Shown: positions 29,832 through 42,471, counted from the stretch's first letter. The stretch: DNA of 64,000 bases from an uncultured Methanosarcinales archaeon (GCA_963843555.1 CAWJKV010000006.1:1-64000); one strand, 5' to 3'. A program made the numbers and translations. The notes: a model not told the origin generated them from the letters alone.

Positions 29832-32120
29832 CTATTCCCTGTTCCTCAGAGCTTTCAGGATGAGGATCTGCTCACTCCTGGCCACCGTCTCCCTGACTGT
29901 GGCCACGGCATCGATATTGGCAGATATGCTGGTGATACCGATCTCAACAAGCCTCTTGGCCATCTCCGGATAAGACCCGGCCTGGCCGCAGATAGATGTC
30001 TTGACCCCGGCTTCATTGCACCGTTCCACCACATACTCGATCAGCCTCAGGATGGCAGGATGCAACTCAGAATAGAGCCCGGCGACGTTCTCGTTGTTGC
30101 GGTCCACAGCCAGGGTGTACTGGGTCAGGTCGTTGGTGCCAAAGGATACGAAATCGATTCCATCCTCAATGAAATCCTCAATGGTGAGAGCTGCGCCTGG
30201 AGTCTCGACCATGATTCCCACATCTATCTTCTCCAGATCCAGGCCTTCGTCTGCCATAATCGCCTTGGCCTGCTGGAATTCGCGAACGTGCTGCACCATG
30301 GGCAGCATGATGCCGACATTGGTCAGGCCCATCTCGTGCAGCCTCTTGAAGGCTCTGATCTCCAGGCGGAAGTGGTCCGTCTCTGTGAGATCGCGCCGTA
30401 TTCCTCTCCAGCCCAGCATGGGGTTATGCTCGTGAGGTTCGCCCTCGCCGCCCTCCATGGCCCTGAACTCGTCCGTGGGGGCATCCAGAGTGCGCACCCA
30501 GACCGGCCGGGGGTAGAAAGCATCGGCCACGGTCTTGACGCCCTTCACCAGCTCGTCGATGTACTCATCCGTCTTGCCGTTTTTGATGTACCAGTTGGGA
30601 GTCTTGCCCAGGCCAAGGATCATATGCTCAATGCGCAGCAGTCCCACTCCGTCTGCCAGAGTTGACGCTGCGGCAGCGGCCCGGTCCGGCTCGCTCACAT
30701 TGACCTTGATCTCCGTTGCAGTTATGGGTTTAGAGAAGACTATGCCCCCTGCGCTGGCTGCAGACGCGGTCTTGGCAGGAGCGGCCAGAGCCACGCGGCC
30801 CTCGTAGACGATGCCTTTGCCGCCATCTACTGTAATCTCCATTCCGTCCTTTAAAGTGGTTGTGGCCTTTTTGGTTCCAACCACTGCCGGGCAGCCCAGC
30901 TCACGACTTACAATGGCAGCGTGACATGCCATGCCGCCCTCATCGGTGACAATGGCTCCTGCTCGTTTCATGCCCGGAACCATATCCGGCATGGTCATCT
31001 TGGTGACCATGATGTCTCCCTGCTTGACCTTGTCCAGCTCTCTGCCGCTGGCGATTATCCTTACAATGCCCGTAGCAACTCCCGGAGCGGCGCCAAGGCC
31101 AGTCAGGAGAACCTTGCCGCTGCCCGTCGATTCGGCTGGTTTTTTGCCGTTGTTAATGGTAGTGATGGGACGGGATTGGAGGATGTATATCTTTTTCTTC
31201 TCCACTCCCCACTCGATATCTTGAGGGATGCCGTAGTGTTTCTCCAGGATCTCGGCATACTTGGCCAGTTCCACAATTTCATTGTCAGTAAGAACTGTTG
31301 CTTCCTTCTTCTTCGCCGGGACCTTGACGGTCACTGTCTTGTGGGTCTTGGGGTCCCTGATGATCATGATCTCCTTGGTGGCGATATATTTGCTTACGAT
31401 ATTTTTGGTCTTCCTGTCTACAACGTAGTTGTCCGGAGACACACTGCCGCTCACCACAGATTCGCCAAGACCCCAGGCCGCTTCTACGACCACCTGGGCT
31501 TCGCCTGTGCTGGGTTGCGAACTGAACATCACGCCCGATTTCTCGGAGTCCACCATCTTCTGAACGATGGCTGAGAGATTGACCTTATCGTGCTCGAAGC
31601 CCTGCTCCACCCGGTAAAAGATGGCTCTGGCCCCATAGAGGGACGCCCAGCATTTTCGAACGGCATTGAAGACATCCTCAGCGCCTCGCGTATTGAGGTA
31701 GGTCTCCTGCTGGCCTGCGAAGCTGGCGTCGGGCAAATCCTCGGCGGTAGCACTCGACCTTACCGCCACATAGACCTGCTCGCCCTCGCGTTTGCAGAGC
31801 TCTTCATAGCGAGACTTTATAGCCTGCTCTATGTCTTTGGGCACCTTTGCATCCATGATGAGCTTCTTTGCCGTCTGCTCAGCCCGATGAAGCTCTGTTT
31901 CCTGATTAACATCGACATTGAGGGCCTCGAAGAGCTTCTTGGCAATGCCTGTTCTATTGATGAAGTCCCTGAATGCTTGAGCCGTTACAGCGAACCCGCC
32001 TGGCACGGGAATGCCGATATTTATCATCTCACCCAGGCTTGCACCCTTGCCGCCCACTGTGGAAAGATCATTCTTTCCCACTTCTTCCAGCCATACAACA
32101 GCGTCCATCAAATCAACCAT
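29832..32120 (-). CDS. ppsA: Phosphoenolpyruvate synthase
   Basis: VGGKGASLGE, AVRSSATAED, SFAGQQET, CHAAIVSRE, SFGTNDLTQ. Confidence 0.95.
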   Translation of the reverse strand: MVDLMDAVVWLEEVGKNDLSTVGGKGASLGEMINIGIPVPGGFAVTAQAFRDFINRTGIAKKLFEALNVDVNQETELHRAEQTAKKLIMDAKVPKDIEQAIKSRYEELCKREGEQVYVAVRSSATAEDLPDASFAGQQETYLNTRGAEDVFNAVRKCWASLYGARAIFYRVEQGFEHDKVNLSAIVQKMVDSEKSGVMFSSQPSTGEAQVVVEAAWGLGESVVSGSVSPDNYVVDRKTKNIVSKYIATKEIMIIRDPKTHKTVTVKVPAKKKEATVLTDNEIVELAKYAEILEKHYGIPQDIEWGVEKKKIYILQSRPITTINNGKKPAESTGSGKVLLTGLGAAPGVATGIVRIIASGRELDKVKQGDIMVTKMTMPDMVPGMKRAGAIVTDEGGMACHAAIVSRELGCPAVVGTKKATTTLKDGMEITVDGGKGIVYEGRVALAAPAKTASAASAGGIVFSKPITATEIKVNVSEPDRAAAAASTLADGVGLLRIEHMILGLGKTPNWYIKNGKTDEYIDELVKGVKTVADAFYPRPVWVRTLDAPTDEFRAMEGGEGEPHEHNPMLGWRGIRRDLTETDHFRLEIRAFKRLHEMGLTNVGIMLPMVQHVREFQQAKAIMADEGLDLEKIDVGIMVETPGAALTIEDFIEDGIDFVSFGTNDLTQYTLAVDRNNENVAGLYSELHPAILRLIEYVVERCNEAGVKTSICGQAGSYPEMAKRLVEIGITSISANIDAVATVRETVARSEQILILKALRNRE

Positions 32121-32287
32121 CCAAAGTCGTGATTCTTCATTGTAACTACTGTATCTACTTACTGTATCTACTGTATCTGCTCACCCATCCCTCATAACAT
32201 TATATGAAGCTTTCACACGACATATGAAATATTTATTAAAACATATACAAAAGCATATATCCTGGAAAGGGCTGACACAACTGTTGC

Positions 32288-33439
32288 ATGTTTAAACATT
32301 TTTGCGGGGCGGCAGCGGCAAGAGAGATGCTTCTCGATCGATGCATACCCTTGCAGCGCACTGAGCCTCTGACTGGCCAGCAGGCAATAGATCGGGTTTT
32401 GTCGCAGGACGTCGCCTCTCCTGTGAGCCTGCCGGGCTTCGAGCGGGCCGCCATGGACGGCTTTGCAGTCAAATCCGTGGAAACAGGGGGCGCGAAGCCC
32501 AACGCTCCCGTTTTTCTGATAGATTTTCTGCCGCTCAGAACCGGCATGCCCGTTCCCGGTGACTACGATGCCGTGGTGATGCTGGAGGATGCCAGGCAGC
32601 ATGGCCCGACTCTGGAGGTCACGGCACAGCTGCACGCTTACAAGAACGTCTCCCGCATCGGCGAGGATATCAGCCAGGGGGAGATGGTCTTTTCCGCGGG
32701 CCACGCCCTCCGGCCCCCGGATGTGGCTTTGCTCTCGGCGCTGGGAATTGATGAGGTGCAGGTCTATGCCAAACCCAACGTCGTCATAATACCCACGGGA
32801 GGCGAGCTGGTGGACGTCTTCGCCCGGCCCCTCCAGCCAGGGGAAGCCTACGAGATCAATGGTCTCATGGCCCGGCTCTATGCAGAAAAATGGGGTGCAA
32901 ACGCCAGGAAAATGGAGATCGTGCCGGACGATGAGCAGCAGATTCGCGAAGCCATCCAGGCCAATCTGGATAGCGACATGATCATAATCATCGGCGGGAC
33001 GTCCGTTGGAGAAAAGGACTACGCACCGCGTGTTTTGGCCGATATGGGAGAGCTGTACGTGCATGGGGTGCGCCTACAGCCAGGGAAGCCCACCGCTTTT
33101 GGAGCCGTGGCCGGCAAGCCCGTAGTCTGCCTGCCCGGCTATCCTGTGGCAGCGCTCTCCGACCTCTATCTGTTTGTCAGGCCCGCCTTGAAGAAGATGG
33201 CTCATCTGAACGATGCATTGCCCAAGATCTCTGCCAGACTGGCCCGCAAGATTCCTTCCAAGGCTGGCTATCTAAGCCTGGTCCGGGTGGCACTCAAGGA
33301 CGGCGAGGCCGAGCCCATCATGATCTCCGGCGCAGGAATCCTGAGCTCTGTGACCCGGGCGGACGGCTTTGTGATAGTGCCTGAGGATCTGGAGGGATTC
33401 GAGGCAGGGGAGACTGTGGAGGTTATTGCCTTCGAGTAG
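32288..33439 (+). CDS. moeA: Molybdopterin molybdotransferase
   Basis: AAMDGFAV, TGGEL, GGTSVG..D, PGKP, LPGYP. Confidence 0.93.
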   Translation: MFKHFCGAAAAREMLLDRCIPLQRTEPLTGQQAIDRVLSQDVASPVSLPGFERAAMDGFAVKSVETGGAKPNAPVFLIDFLPLRTGMPVPGDYDAVVMLEDARQHGPTLEVTAQLHAYKNVSRIGEDISQGEMVFSAGHALRPPDVALLSALGIDEVQVYAKPNVVIIPTGGELVDVFARPLQPGEAYEINGLMARLYAEKWGANARKMEIVPDDEQQIREAIQANLDSDMIIIIGGTSVGEKDYAPRVLADMGELYVHGVRLQPGKPTAFGAVAGKPVVCLPGYPVAALSDLYLFVRPALKKMAHLNDALPKISARLARKIPSKAGYLSLVRVALKDGEAEPIMISGAGILSSVTRADGFVIVPEDLEGFEAGETVEVIAFE

Positions 33440-33723
33440 AAAGGCCCCAAAACGGACTTTTGATGCACCCCGCCTGAGCCTTCCAAAACGTCTAAAGATA
33501 AGGGGAATGGTTCACAGATTGTCCCCGCGGCCGCGGTTTGTGGGTCGGTACGGCCTTGAGTGCGCCCCGTCACTCAAGCTTTCAAGCATCGGGTTACACG
33601 CTGGTTTTTCAAGATTATGAGCTTTGCCAACTAATTTCAAATTTATAAACAAAATTTCATTGCTTTTTGCTCACTCCAGCCCGATACGCCCGAACCGGTG
33701 GCCCGTCTCACGTTTCCCTTGGA

Positions 33724-36700
33724 TCAGTCTTCACCCCGGGGTACTTTGCTGCAAGCCTCCAGAGCATCTCTTATCGCCTCTATTCTGGCGGGCTTGCTTA
33801 TGTAGCCGTCCATCCCTGCCGCCAGACACCTCTCCCGATCGCCCTTCAGTGCAGATGCCGTCATAGCGATGATCTTAGGCCCGCCCCCCGGCCAGCGCCG
33901 GCGTATCTCCTTTGTCGCCTCCAGACCATCCATCTCAGGCATCTGCACATCCATAAGTATGACGTCGTATGCCCTGGCCTCCAGGGCCTGCAGCACCTCC
34001 TTGCCGTTGGCTGCCACATCCGCCGCACTGCAGCCCAGCTTATTAAGCATCTTCTTTACCACTATCTGATTGACCTGGTTATCTTCAGCAACCAGTATGC
34101 TCAAGCTTGGGTCCAGCTGTCCCTGGTAATCGGAGACCGGGAAAGCCGCAGGCTTGACGGTATCGATAGGCCCGCTTATGATAGGTTCAGCCCCGAATAT
34201 AAAATGAAATACTGAGCCCTTGCCTTCTTCACTCTCAACCCACATTCTTCCCTCCATCATCTCCACCAGTCTCTTGCTTATGGCCAGGCCGAGACCGGTT
34301 CCACCGTACTTTCGTGCTGTCGAAGCATCAATCTGGCTGAAGGACTGGAACAATCGAGGCATCTTATCTTGAGGGATCCCAATTCCAGTATCTTTTACGG
34401 CAAAATGGATTTCATATTTGCTTTCTTCTGGGCGTGTGCTGGATACATGGATAGAGACTTCGCCTTTTTCTGTAAACTTCACTGCATTATTGAGCAAATT
34501 GATTAAAATCTGGCTGAGCCTGGTTGGATCACCCAGGATCATATTGGGTGTATTGTCTTCAATAGTGTACCCTATGCTCAGCCCTTTTTCGGAGGCACTT
34601 GCCGAAACAAGATCCAAAGATGCCTTAATGCAGCTTCGCAGGTCGAAAGGCTGATACTCCAGCTCCAGCATGTTCGCTTCGATCTTCGTGAGATCAAGGA
34701 TATTGTTTATGATAGCAAGTAGCGTGTCCCCGCTGGAACAAATAATCTCCAAGCACTCCCTCTGCCCCGGTGTGAGAGGTTCATCCAGCATAAGACCTGT
34801 CAAGCCTATGACTGCGTTCATGGGGGTACGGATCTCATGGCTCATATTGGCCAGGAACTCGGACTTGGCGCGCGTGGCCGATTCAGCCTCCTCCTTGGAC
34901 CTTTGCAGTTCTTCCTCGGCATGCTTTCGATCTGTTATGTCGCGTATGGATTCGATCGCTCCCCAGTAATTTCCCTCCAGGTCGTAGAGCGCTGATGCGC
35001 TTCCCAAGAGATACGCCATGCCACCTTTCAGCATGGGCGTGTGGGCTTCACCAATCAGAGAGCCATCTTCTTGCTTTTTTATATTATTATATCTCGCTTC
35101 AATATCTGAATCGGGCCTATTTGCCAGATCTATGAGCATGGGCCTTGGCTCACCATAAAAGGGAAATGCGTATTCATAATCTCCTTTGCCCAGTATCTCC
35201 TCGGCCTTGACATTCGTCATCTTCTCTATGGCACGGTTCCAGGCGATCACCCTGCCCCCTTTATCGATAACAAAGGTAGCATCGGGCAGGAAGGCAATGA
35301 TATTCGCTAGACGGCGCTCGGACTCTCTTAGAGCGCTCTCAGCGGTCTTGGATGCGGTGATGTCCATAGCTACATGGACCACTCCCGTGATATTCCCGTT
35401 TGCATCCTTAATGGGGCTGCTGCGAGACAACCATGTCTTGCCGTCGGGAGTGACCAATTCGCCCTCCTGGCATTGACCCATCTGAAGAGCTTTGACGGCT
35501 GTGCAACCCGAACATGGTTCGTTGAGGCCGTAGAAGCTCTTAAAGCAATGCCCCTCCATTATTTCATCATTGGAAAGACCTGGTCCTGATGCCTCAGGCT
35601 TGAGGGTATTAATCCAGATGACGCGCATCTGAGGATCAAGGTAGGCGACAGTAACACCTTTCAAGCCGCCCAAAATCGCCGCCTTCTCCTGTTCGGAATT
35701 GCGTAGAGATTCCTCAGCTAGCTTGCGTTCCTCAATCTCGGACAGTGTCGTGGTAAGCAATTGATTTCTCTCATCAAACACCAATTTCTGGCGCATGAAC
35801 ATCAGAGCGATGATGAGCGCAACCGAGGCAGCTATTGTGGAATAGCTGATGGAGCGTGAATAATCATAACCCCATATGAGAAGAGAGAATGCTGCCCCAA
35901 TTCCGAGATATGGCAAGTAGATGGTCGAGGCAGATCCATCAATTCTTGAGTTGCTCGAGGATTTCAGTGGATCAAAAGAGAGAGAGCTTGCCAGCAGCAA
36001 ACCTGCCAGTCCTATCATCAGGTTGCTTGTTATCCAGGTGGTATCGAGAAGGCCTCCGGAGACATAATTTCCATCCTGTATCCGGATGCTGAAAACTGCA
36101 TCCACAATCAAAAATAATACCATGCTGATGGCTAAAAGAAGTGCAGGAGTACGTCCCGGAGAATCGAGCTTTCTGAAGAGCAGCTCCATCAGAGCAAGAA
36201 ACAGAACCAGATCCATGACAGGATAGGCCGTCGAGACCACCAGGTCAAGAGTTATGCCCTCTGCAGAGGCAACAATGGGGCCGATAAGGAAGACCCAGAA
36301 AATTAAAGTGGCCGACACTATAACGATTGCCGCATCCAGGAGGATTTTGAGCCGTTCCCTGGGTGAGAGAGGTACTTCAGGCAAGAGGATGATACCCACA
36401 GCAAAAAGAGGGTACATCATCAGGTAGCCAAAATCTGCTACAGAGGGAAATGGAAACTGGTGGAAAACTAGCTCGATTACAGCCCAGGACGCCTCACCGA
36501 AGGTGTTGAAGATCAGGGCAACACCGAGGACTGTCCAGGCCTTTCTGGAACGGCCTTCCTGATGCCGTGCTGCATACAGCAATCCTGCCGCAGCCAGGCC
36601 GGAACTGACAACTAGAATCAAATCACCGATCGCAAGCACCCACTCTTCGTCCTCAAAAAAGGTCAATAAAATCAAATGGACCAGCACGATTGAGACTGCC

Positions 36701-36771
36701 AGGATGACTGCAGTGCGTAAAGATGCTCTCTTACCCACCTCTACAGGGCTTAATATCTTAATCTCAACCAC
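33724..36771 (-). CDS. Hybrid sensor histidine kinase (multi-TM sensor, 2 PAS, HisKA, HATPase, receiver)
   Basis: [40 protein letters not shown]. Confidence 0.95.
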   Translation of the reverse strand: MVEIKILSPVEVGKRASLRTAVILAVSIVLVHLILLTFFEDEEWVLAIGDLILVVSSGLAAAGLLYAARHQEGRSRKAWTVLGVALIFNTFGEASWAVIELVFHQFPFPSVADFGYLMMYPLFAVGIILLPEVPLSPRERLKILLDAAIVIVSATLIFWVFLIGPIVASAEGITLDLVVSTAYPVMDLVLFLALMELLFRKLDSPGRTPALLLAISMVLFLIVDAVFSIRIQDGNYVSGGLLDTTWITSNLMIGLAGLLLASSLSFDPLKSSSNSRIDGSASTIYLPYLGIGAAFSLLIWGYDYSRSISYSTIAASVALIIALMFMRQKLVFDERNQLLTTTLSEIEERKLAEESLRNSEQEKAAILGGLKGVTVAYLDPQMRVIWINTLKPEASGPGLSNDEIMEGHCFKSFYGLNEPCSGCTAVKALQMGQCQEGELVTPDGKTWLSRSSPIKDANGNITGVVHVAMDITASKTAESALRESERRLANIIAFLPDATFVIDKGGRVIAWNRAIEKMTNVKAEEILGKGDYEYAFPFYGEPRPMLIDLANRPDSDIEARYNNIKKQEDGSLIGEAHTPMLKGGMAYLLGSASALYDLEGNYWGAIESIRDITDRKHAEEELQRSKEEAESATRAKSEFLANMSHEIRTPMNAVIGLTGLMLDEPLTPGQRECLEIICSSGDTLLAIINNILDLTKIEANMLELEYQPFDLRSCIKASLDLVSASASEKGLSIGYTIEDNTPNMILGDPTRLSQILINLLNNAVKFTEKGEVSIHVSSTRPEESKYEIHFAVKDTGIGIPQDKMPRLFQSFSQIDASTARKYGGTGLGLAISKRLVEMMEGRMWVESEEGKGSVFHFIFGAEPIISGPIDTVKPAAFPVSDYQGQLDPSLSILVAEDNQVNQIVVKKMLNKLGCSAADVAANGKEVLQALEARAYDVILMDVQMPEMDGLEATKEIRRRWPGGGPKIIAMTASALKGDRERCLAAGMDGYISKPARIEAIRDALEACSKVPRGED

Positions 36772-37625
36772 TCCGGATTGTTATGATTTGAGCTCTGAGA
36801 CGAAAAAGCTTTTGGTGGTTCATATCTTATACGTAATTTGACAAGCGTATATCTTACCAGAATAATGATATAATAATCTATAATAAACTTGATCTTAGCC
36901 TGTTAATTACCATGATTTAAGATTGAAAGTCAAGTTATTCCATAAAGAAAATCTATACAAACTTCGAATCAGGAAAAGATTTTTTCGTCTAATTTGAGCG
37001 CGATCCGAGAGCATGATTATTTAAAGAATTGTGTATGGATTCTGGCAAAGCTCATGATCTCCTCTGGAGGAGCATAAAGCTGAAGATAAGCTACCAGGAC
37101 AGAAAATGGTGTGCAGGATAGCGATGAGGCCGAAGTGACCATGTGCGAAGTGAACAACGGGAGGCAAAAGACGATTTCTACCAAAACAATGGCATACGCA
37201 AGGGCGTCCAGCTAATTCGTCATGCAGACATGCTCAAGAACTGGATGATAGACGAGGGAAAAGCGGCAAAGTCGGGTTAGAAGATCGGTCCATCTGTGAC
37301 TCTTGCCAATAGAATCATGATCCTGGTAGAGCTGGACGAATGGGAGCACCAGTCCATGCCACTCACAATCTCGGATCCTATCGCGAGCTGTCTGTCATGT
37401 TTGCTGACTACTTCGAGAGAGATGCAAGCCATCGTCGATGACACTCTCGGCGAGGAAGAATCGATCCTGAAAAAGCTGGGGGGCTAAAAAGGAGCAAATT
37501 CAAGGAAAGAATTCAGATCTACGATGAATGGGAGGCAAATCCACTTCTATCCTAACATTTCTCCGATCGCCATTCTTCTTTTTCTTCTTTTTTCTTTTCT
37601 TCTTTCAACGTTCGACTCCCTTATT

Positions 37626-38726
37626 TTACGGCTTTTGCCTCTTTATCAGAACCTCTTCAAGCGGTCTTCTCGGCGTATGCTCCTCGACACCACCCCTGGC
37701 AAAGCCCAGCCGGAAGGTCTGCTGCACATATGGCATATCTGTACCATTTGCAGGCATTAGCCTGGCTAGCTCTTGCTTTGTCTCCGGCACCTCCAGCGCC
37801 TGGCCCATAGGCTGCAGGCTCAAACCCAGAGCGGTGGCCGCAAGCCAGAGACGCTCGAGAGTCTGTCCGGCCATAACTCTGGATTCATTATCGTCTCTGC
37901 CGGTGCTGATGAAGCCCAAATAGGGTGTACTATTTATCAACTCGATGTCCTTTCTGATCTGCTGGGGTCCATTGTCCAGAAAGACAACCTCCATCTGACT
38001 GATTTTGGCCTGAATGCCTGTGGGCCCCATACCGCCCTGGCTCAGCCAGCGACCCAGTTCGCTCTTGAAGTCAACATCAGAATACTGGATCTGATCCGCC
38101 CGCAATGTAAGATTGAGGAACTTTTTCTTGGTGGCAGAATCGGTGACAAGGTCAGTTCGAGCATCCTGATCTGAGCCGAGCTTTTGCAGTGTTATCAGGT
38201 CGGCGTATTCGATGGCCCTCTCCTCATAGGGATTGCGGTTTGTCTGGCGGAGAACGATGGCGTGAAAGAGACGGGGATCCAGAGAGGGCAGAGCCTGAGC
38301 CTGGGGCTGCAATACAACTCTGGCCACAAGATCCTGCGGCCCTGGGAAGTAGGTAATGCTGTAGTTATAGCCAAAATGGTCTGCTGCAACCCGCAAATTT
38401 TCCAGAGCGGCGCCAAGGCTCAGGTACAGCTCCCTTTGGTCCGCATCTGCAACCTGCAGCCATCTCGATCTGTCGGCAAAGACATCGATCTCATTTTCTG
38501 AGACATTGAACCTCCAGGGCTGGGTGTTGTAGTTAGAGGGTGCGAGGATGGCATATCTGAGCAGGAAAGTCAGCCGCTCTTCTGAGCTTGCGTTGGCTGG
38601 AAAGTCACTCTCATTTACACTCCAGGCTTCCAGTGATGCTTTGGGCTGTGTTAGGACCCCTGCCAGTAGCATTCCTAAGATCAAGAATATGGTTATTATC
38701 ACAGTCTTAGCCGTTGATTCTCCCAT
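37626..38726 (-). CDS. Acg-type nitroreductase-family protein with an N-terminal anchor
   Basis: LAPSNYNTQPW, RQTNRNPY, GQTLERLWL.AT, RLG. Confidence 0.88.
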   Translation of the reverse strand: MGESTAKTVIITIFLILGMLLAGVLTQPKASLEAWSVNESDFPANASSEERLTFLLRYAILAPSNYNTQPWRFNVSENEIDVFADRSRWLQVADADQRELYLSLGAALENLRVAADHFGYNYSITYFPGPQDLVARVVLQPQAQALPSLDPRLFHAIVLRQTNRNPYEERAIEYADLITLQKLGSDQDARTDLVTDSATKKKFLNLTLRADQIQYSDVDFKSELGRWLSQGGMGPTGIQAKISQMEVVFLDNGPQQIRKDIELINSTPYLGFISTGRDDNESRVMAGQTLERLWLAATALGLSLQPMGQALEVPETKQELARLMPANGTDMPYVQQTFRLGFARGGVEEHTPRRPLEEVLIKRQKP

Positions 38727-39004
38727 TGACTTTCGCCCTCATTCATTTGGCTTGCAGCAGCTATGTGGAAGCAAACGAAATATACCCTGCGGTAGGCTCT
38801 TGGAGCCAGAACCGCAAATTGTAGATTAATTTGACCCAGGTTCTTGCTGATGAGTAAGACCAAAGAGGAGGCTTTGAAGCCGCACTTACGAGGATGATGA
38901 TTCTGCGCAAATAGTAGTTCTGGAGAGAGCACATCGCCTGATTTTACTCCAGGAATATCATCCGTCCCAAAACAGTTATATCTACATTTTTCGGTCCTGA
39001 TGCC

Positions 39005-39556
39005 ATGAAAGAATGGAATAAGATCTTAAGAGTTATGGTACTGCTCTCCATCTTCTTGGTTCTCGCATCGGTCGCGAATTCCCAGATGAACCGGGATAGT
39101 CCATTTCTGGGTGGCAAGCTTCCCAGGACAGCCGACGAGAGCGTAGCCAATAAAGGTCCGCAGCCCGGGTCTTCGTTCACGATCTCGGAGCCCTTCAACA
39201 ATCAAGCAGTTTCGGATTTGGTGATTTCCCCCGATCAGCAGAATACGACCTGCAATCAAGTCTCATTCCTGTTAACTCTGACTCCATCTACCAGCGGCTC
39301 AACAGGATATCAATCGGTGAAGGTGAGGGTTTTGGAAAACCGCATCGGCTCGCCTAAGGCGGTTGCTGAACTGACTCTACTCATGCCTGTTTCTGGAGGA
39401 TCAGTTCAAGAGACCATCGGCTTCTCGAGTGATGCTCAGGCAGCGGGGCAGAATATTACCAATCAGATAACGGTCAATGCAGACCCCGATAATGAAATCA
39501 AGGAGACGAATGAGGGAAATAATGGCCTGACCATTAGCGGGACTTGCTCGGGATAA
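39005..39556 (+). CDS. Secreted protein with a CARDB/Ig-like domain
   Basis: Signal peptide; ADPDNEIKETNEGNN motif. Confidence 0.75.
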   Translation: MKEWNKILRVMVLLSIFLVLASVANSQMNRDSPFLGGKLPRTADESVANKGPQPGSSFTISEPFNNQAVSDLVISPDQQNTTCNQVSFLLTLTPSTSGSTGYQSVKVRVLENRIGSPKAVAELTLLMPVSGGSVQETIGFSSDAQAAGQNITNQITVNADPDNEIKETNEGNNGLTISGTCSG

Positions 39557-39739
39557 TGGCCAGAAGGCAAGTTGAAAGGAAGGTATATGTTTAGCCCTCT
39601 TGCGATTCATCCAAAGTGAGAACGTGTGGCTTGAGGGCACAAATCGCATAAAAATGGGCCTGTTCCTCGATTTCATGAAATGTCAGGCAACAGCTTGAAA
39701 TGGAAGTACGTTGATCATCGATATCGAGGTGATAGATGA

Positions 39740-40231
39740 GTGTGGACGAGGCTGATTTGTCTGATGATCATGGCTATGGCAATCCCCAGCATGCAGGGTG
39801 AGATGCCACTGGCCTACACCGCGGCCATGAACAACGCCGGCCAGAATGATATCCTCACCATCAAGAACTATGATACCGGTGCAACCATGACCGAAGCCTA
39901 TACTGATGTCGAGCATCTGAACAGAAACACACAGGTCAGAACCGGATCATATGCCACGAACTCCTCTGCCCAAGGCTCATCAGCGGCAGACGACTGCCCG
40001 GGTTGCGGCTCGGGAGGCGGCCTGGAGGCCAGCATCAATTCCAATGTCATCGGCAAGGCTCATATCGCCTGGCAGTCTGTTGATCCCAGCATTTCCAACC
40101 ATGGCCGCCATCCGCTCATAGGCCGCAGCGTGGAGGATCTGACCGGCGTATTCTCCATTGAGAAGTTCATCCAGCTCTGGTCCGGCAGCCGGCCCGGAGA
40201 GATAAGCGTGGACTGGCTGCCTTGTTCCTGA
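39740..40231 (+). CDS. Secreted hypothetical protein
   Basis: Signal peptide, RBS GAGGTGA upstream, host-like codon usage; start uncertain. Confidence 0.7.
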   Translation: MWTRLICLMIMAMAIPSMQGEMPLAYTAAMNNAGQNDILTIKNYDTGATMTEAYTDVEHLNRNTQVRTGSYATNSSAQGSSAADDCPGCGSGGGLEASINSNVIGKAHIAWQSVDPSISNHGRHPLIGRSVEDLTGVFSIEKFIQLWSGSRPGEISVDWLPCS

Positions 40232-40280
40232 GAACAATATTCACTGAGCTCTTGACCTCCGGAGCAACCTGTATAAATTT

Positions 40281-42248
40281 CTATCTTGGAGTCATGGCGA
40301 TCTCCACAACCAGGTCGTTGTAATCTTGTCCTTGAGAGTCGTAGAGATCTTCCCAGCGAAGCTGGCATTTGGCAGGATCCCAGAGGCAGTTTGATGACAT
40401 GCGATTTGCCATCCCCATTGAGGCTGCTGTCAGTGTAATAGAAAGTTCCGTCCTGGCCTGGAGTGCGAAGACCAGCCTTGTCCCGGCCGGATAGTCTCCT
40501 ACCTCAAAGCTCTTGCCCACATTCCCCTGAATGGAATCAAAGAGCAGCTTCTTCTCCGGCTGGTAGAGCCAGAACTGGTTATGGTAGGGCGTACTCTTGC
40601 TGACCAGCCTTGCCATGACGTGGCTATCCTTGGCCAGAACGACATCTTCGCGGATGATAGGTATAACTTCAATCTCCAGCAATGAGGTCCTTATAGTTCT
40701 TCTTGGCAAGGCCAAAGGATGCCTCCCAGCGCAGCTCCCATTTGTTGTAGCCTGTGGGAAGCTTACGCACGTGGCTCAGGAAATCTGGATTTTTCACCTG
40801 ATCGGTGTAGTAGGTGTAGCCTTTGTCGGTCTTGAAAGCGAAGGTGAGCTTGGTGCCGGCAAGGAAGGTTCCCAGATCGACTGCCTTTCCCAATGGGCTA
40901 TCAAGAGCAAAGATCAACCGGTCCTCTGGAGAGCTGAGCCTGAATTCTTCTTTTGTGGCAGCGAGCCTGCTCTTGAAGGTCGCAAATACCCTTCCGTCTT
41001 TGGGCATCACAATATCTTCGGTAGCGGGACTGAAGATCTCGATCTCCATTACCACGTCGTTATAATCCTTCTCGCCCAGACCGTAGAGATCCTCCCAGTC
41101 CAATTCCCACTTGTAGGTTCCTGCACTGACTTTCCGGACATGGTCGCAGGCGTCAGCATTCAGTATCTGATCGCTGTAATAGATATTCCCATCCGAGGTC
41201 TTGAGGGCAAAAGTTAACCGGCTTCCAGAGGGATACGTTCCCAGATCGTAGAACTTGCCGATCTCCGAGTCCTGGGCCCTGAATATCAGTTTGCCTCAGG
41301 GTAATGAAGCCAGATCTCATCGTCCAGAGAGGTGTTTTTGCTCTTGAAGCGGACGATGACCCGGCCCTGTTTGGGCATGATCAGATCATCGTCCGCAGTG
41401 AACAGTACGGCATAAAAAGCGAAACTGCTGCCCATACCGCATTCGCCATAGCCGATCTTAAACCATCCGCTTTCCCCCCATCCCGTCCCCCAGCTATTCT
41501 TGCAGATCCAGCAGCTATTGGCGTCATCGAAGCCCACGACGCATACGGCGTGGTCGCCAATATACCCGCCATAGGAGGCCCTGTAGACTCCTCTCTCGTA
41601 GTAGAAAAAATCCTCGTAGACATTCATGCCGGCGATGAGAGGGCCGCGAGTAGCGAGCCATTCCTTGGCCTGGGAAGCAGCTCAGAGCCTTCCAGCTTTC
41701 TATTTTGATTATCCTTTTGTCTCTGTCCGGGCAGCTGCTGGTCTGATCGCCTTCGTAAGGGAAGCATTTTTCATCGGGAATGCCGCTTGGCCTGGGCATA
41801 TTTCAAGGCAGGAACGAAGTTCCAGCCACGACCACAGCAATTGCCGCAGCCCCGGAAGAAGAGATCGGCCTCGGAAAGGTCGGGATTGAGATCGGGATCT
41901 CTCTTGAAGATCTCCAGATTGGATTCAATGGTGGCGACTGTGGCAAAGGCAACGCATGAGCCGCACTGTTTCTGATCTCTTACGGGTGTGGTCCAGTTCT
42001 TTCCCGAGACGTTTCTCCAATCCCACTGCGTCGGATAGATGGCGACATTACCCGGCTCGGCTGACCGAGCATGCTCTCTTATCCATCAATTCCCGAATCC
42101 TTTCTTTCTCATCTTCGGGAACTACAAGGCCAAGATGCCTCACTTTTGCTTCCCTGGTCAGGCCAGAAACTGATGTGGCGCCGGCAACCCAGGAAAAGCC
42201 CTTTCCACTGATGTTGCTTCGTATTGCATTGATTTCGTCTATTCCCAA
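40281..42248 (-). pseudogene. Papain-family (C1A) cysteine peptidase with three C-terminal beta repeats, broken by several frameshifts
   Basis: DWRN...TPVRDQKQCGSC (~41950-42030), DHAVCVVGF, WICKNSWG; repeats ending WEDL....DYND. The breaks could be assembly errors. Confidence 0.8.
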
Positions 42249-42471
42249 TCTTGAAACCCCCTGTATATCCTTAAGCCGAATACCAATATAAACTTTCGTT
42301 TTTTTAATATAATCTCATAGTTAATGATGTTTGCGCAAGAAGAGGATAGGGACGGAAAAGAATCCCCACAGGATTGTGAGCAAGATAATACCTATCAGTC
42401 CATAACAAACTTCAGGAAGAAAGTTATTAATAGCCAGCCTGACGTTAGTGTGCCGAGGAGGATTCCAGGCT

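Noticed and set aside
30060..32132. Long plus-strand ORFs opposite ppsA (likewise opposite hef, hisD, lig, hom)
   Set aside because: Antisense shadows of GC-rich coding sequence.
37080..37487. Coding-like purine-rich stretch with a 63-aa ORF
   Set aside because: Possibly a gene remnant, but no family could be recognised.
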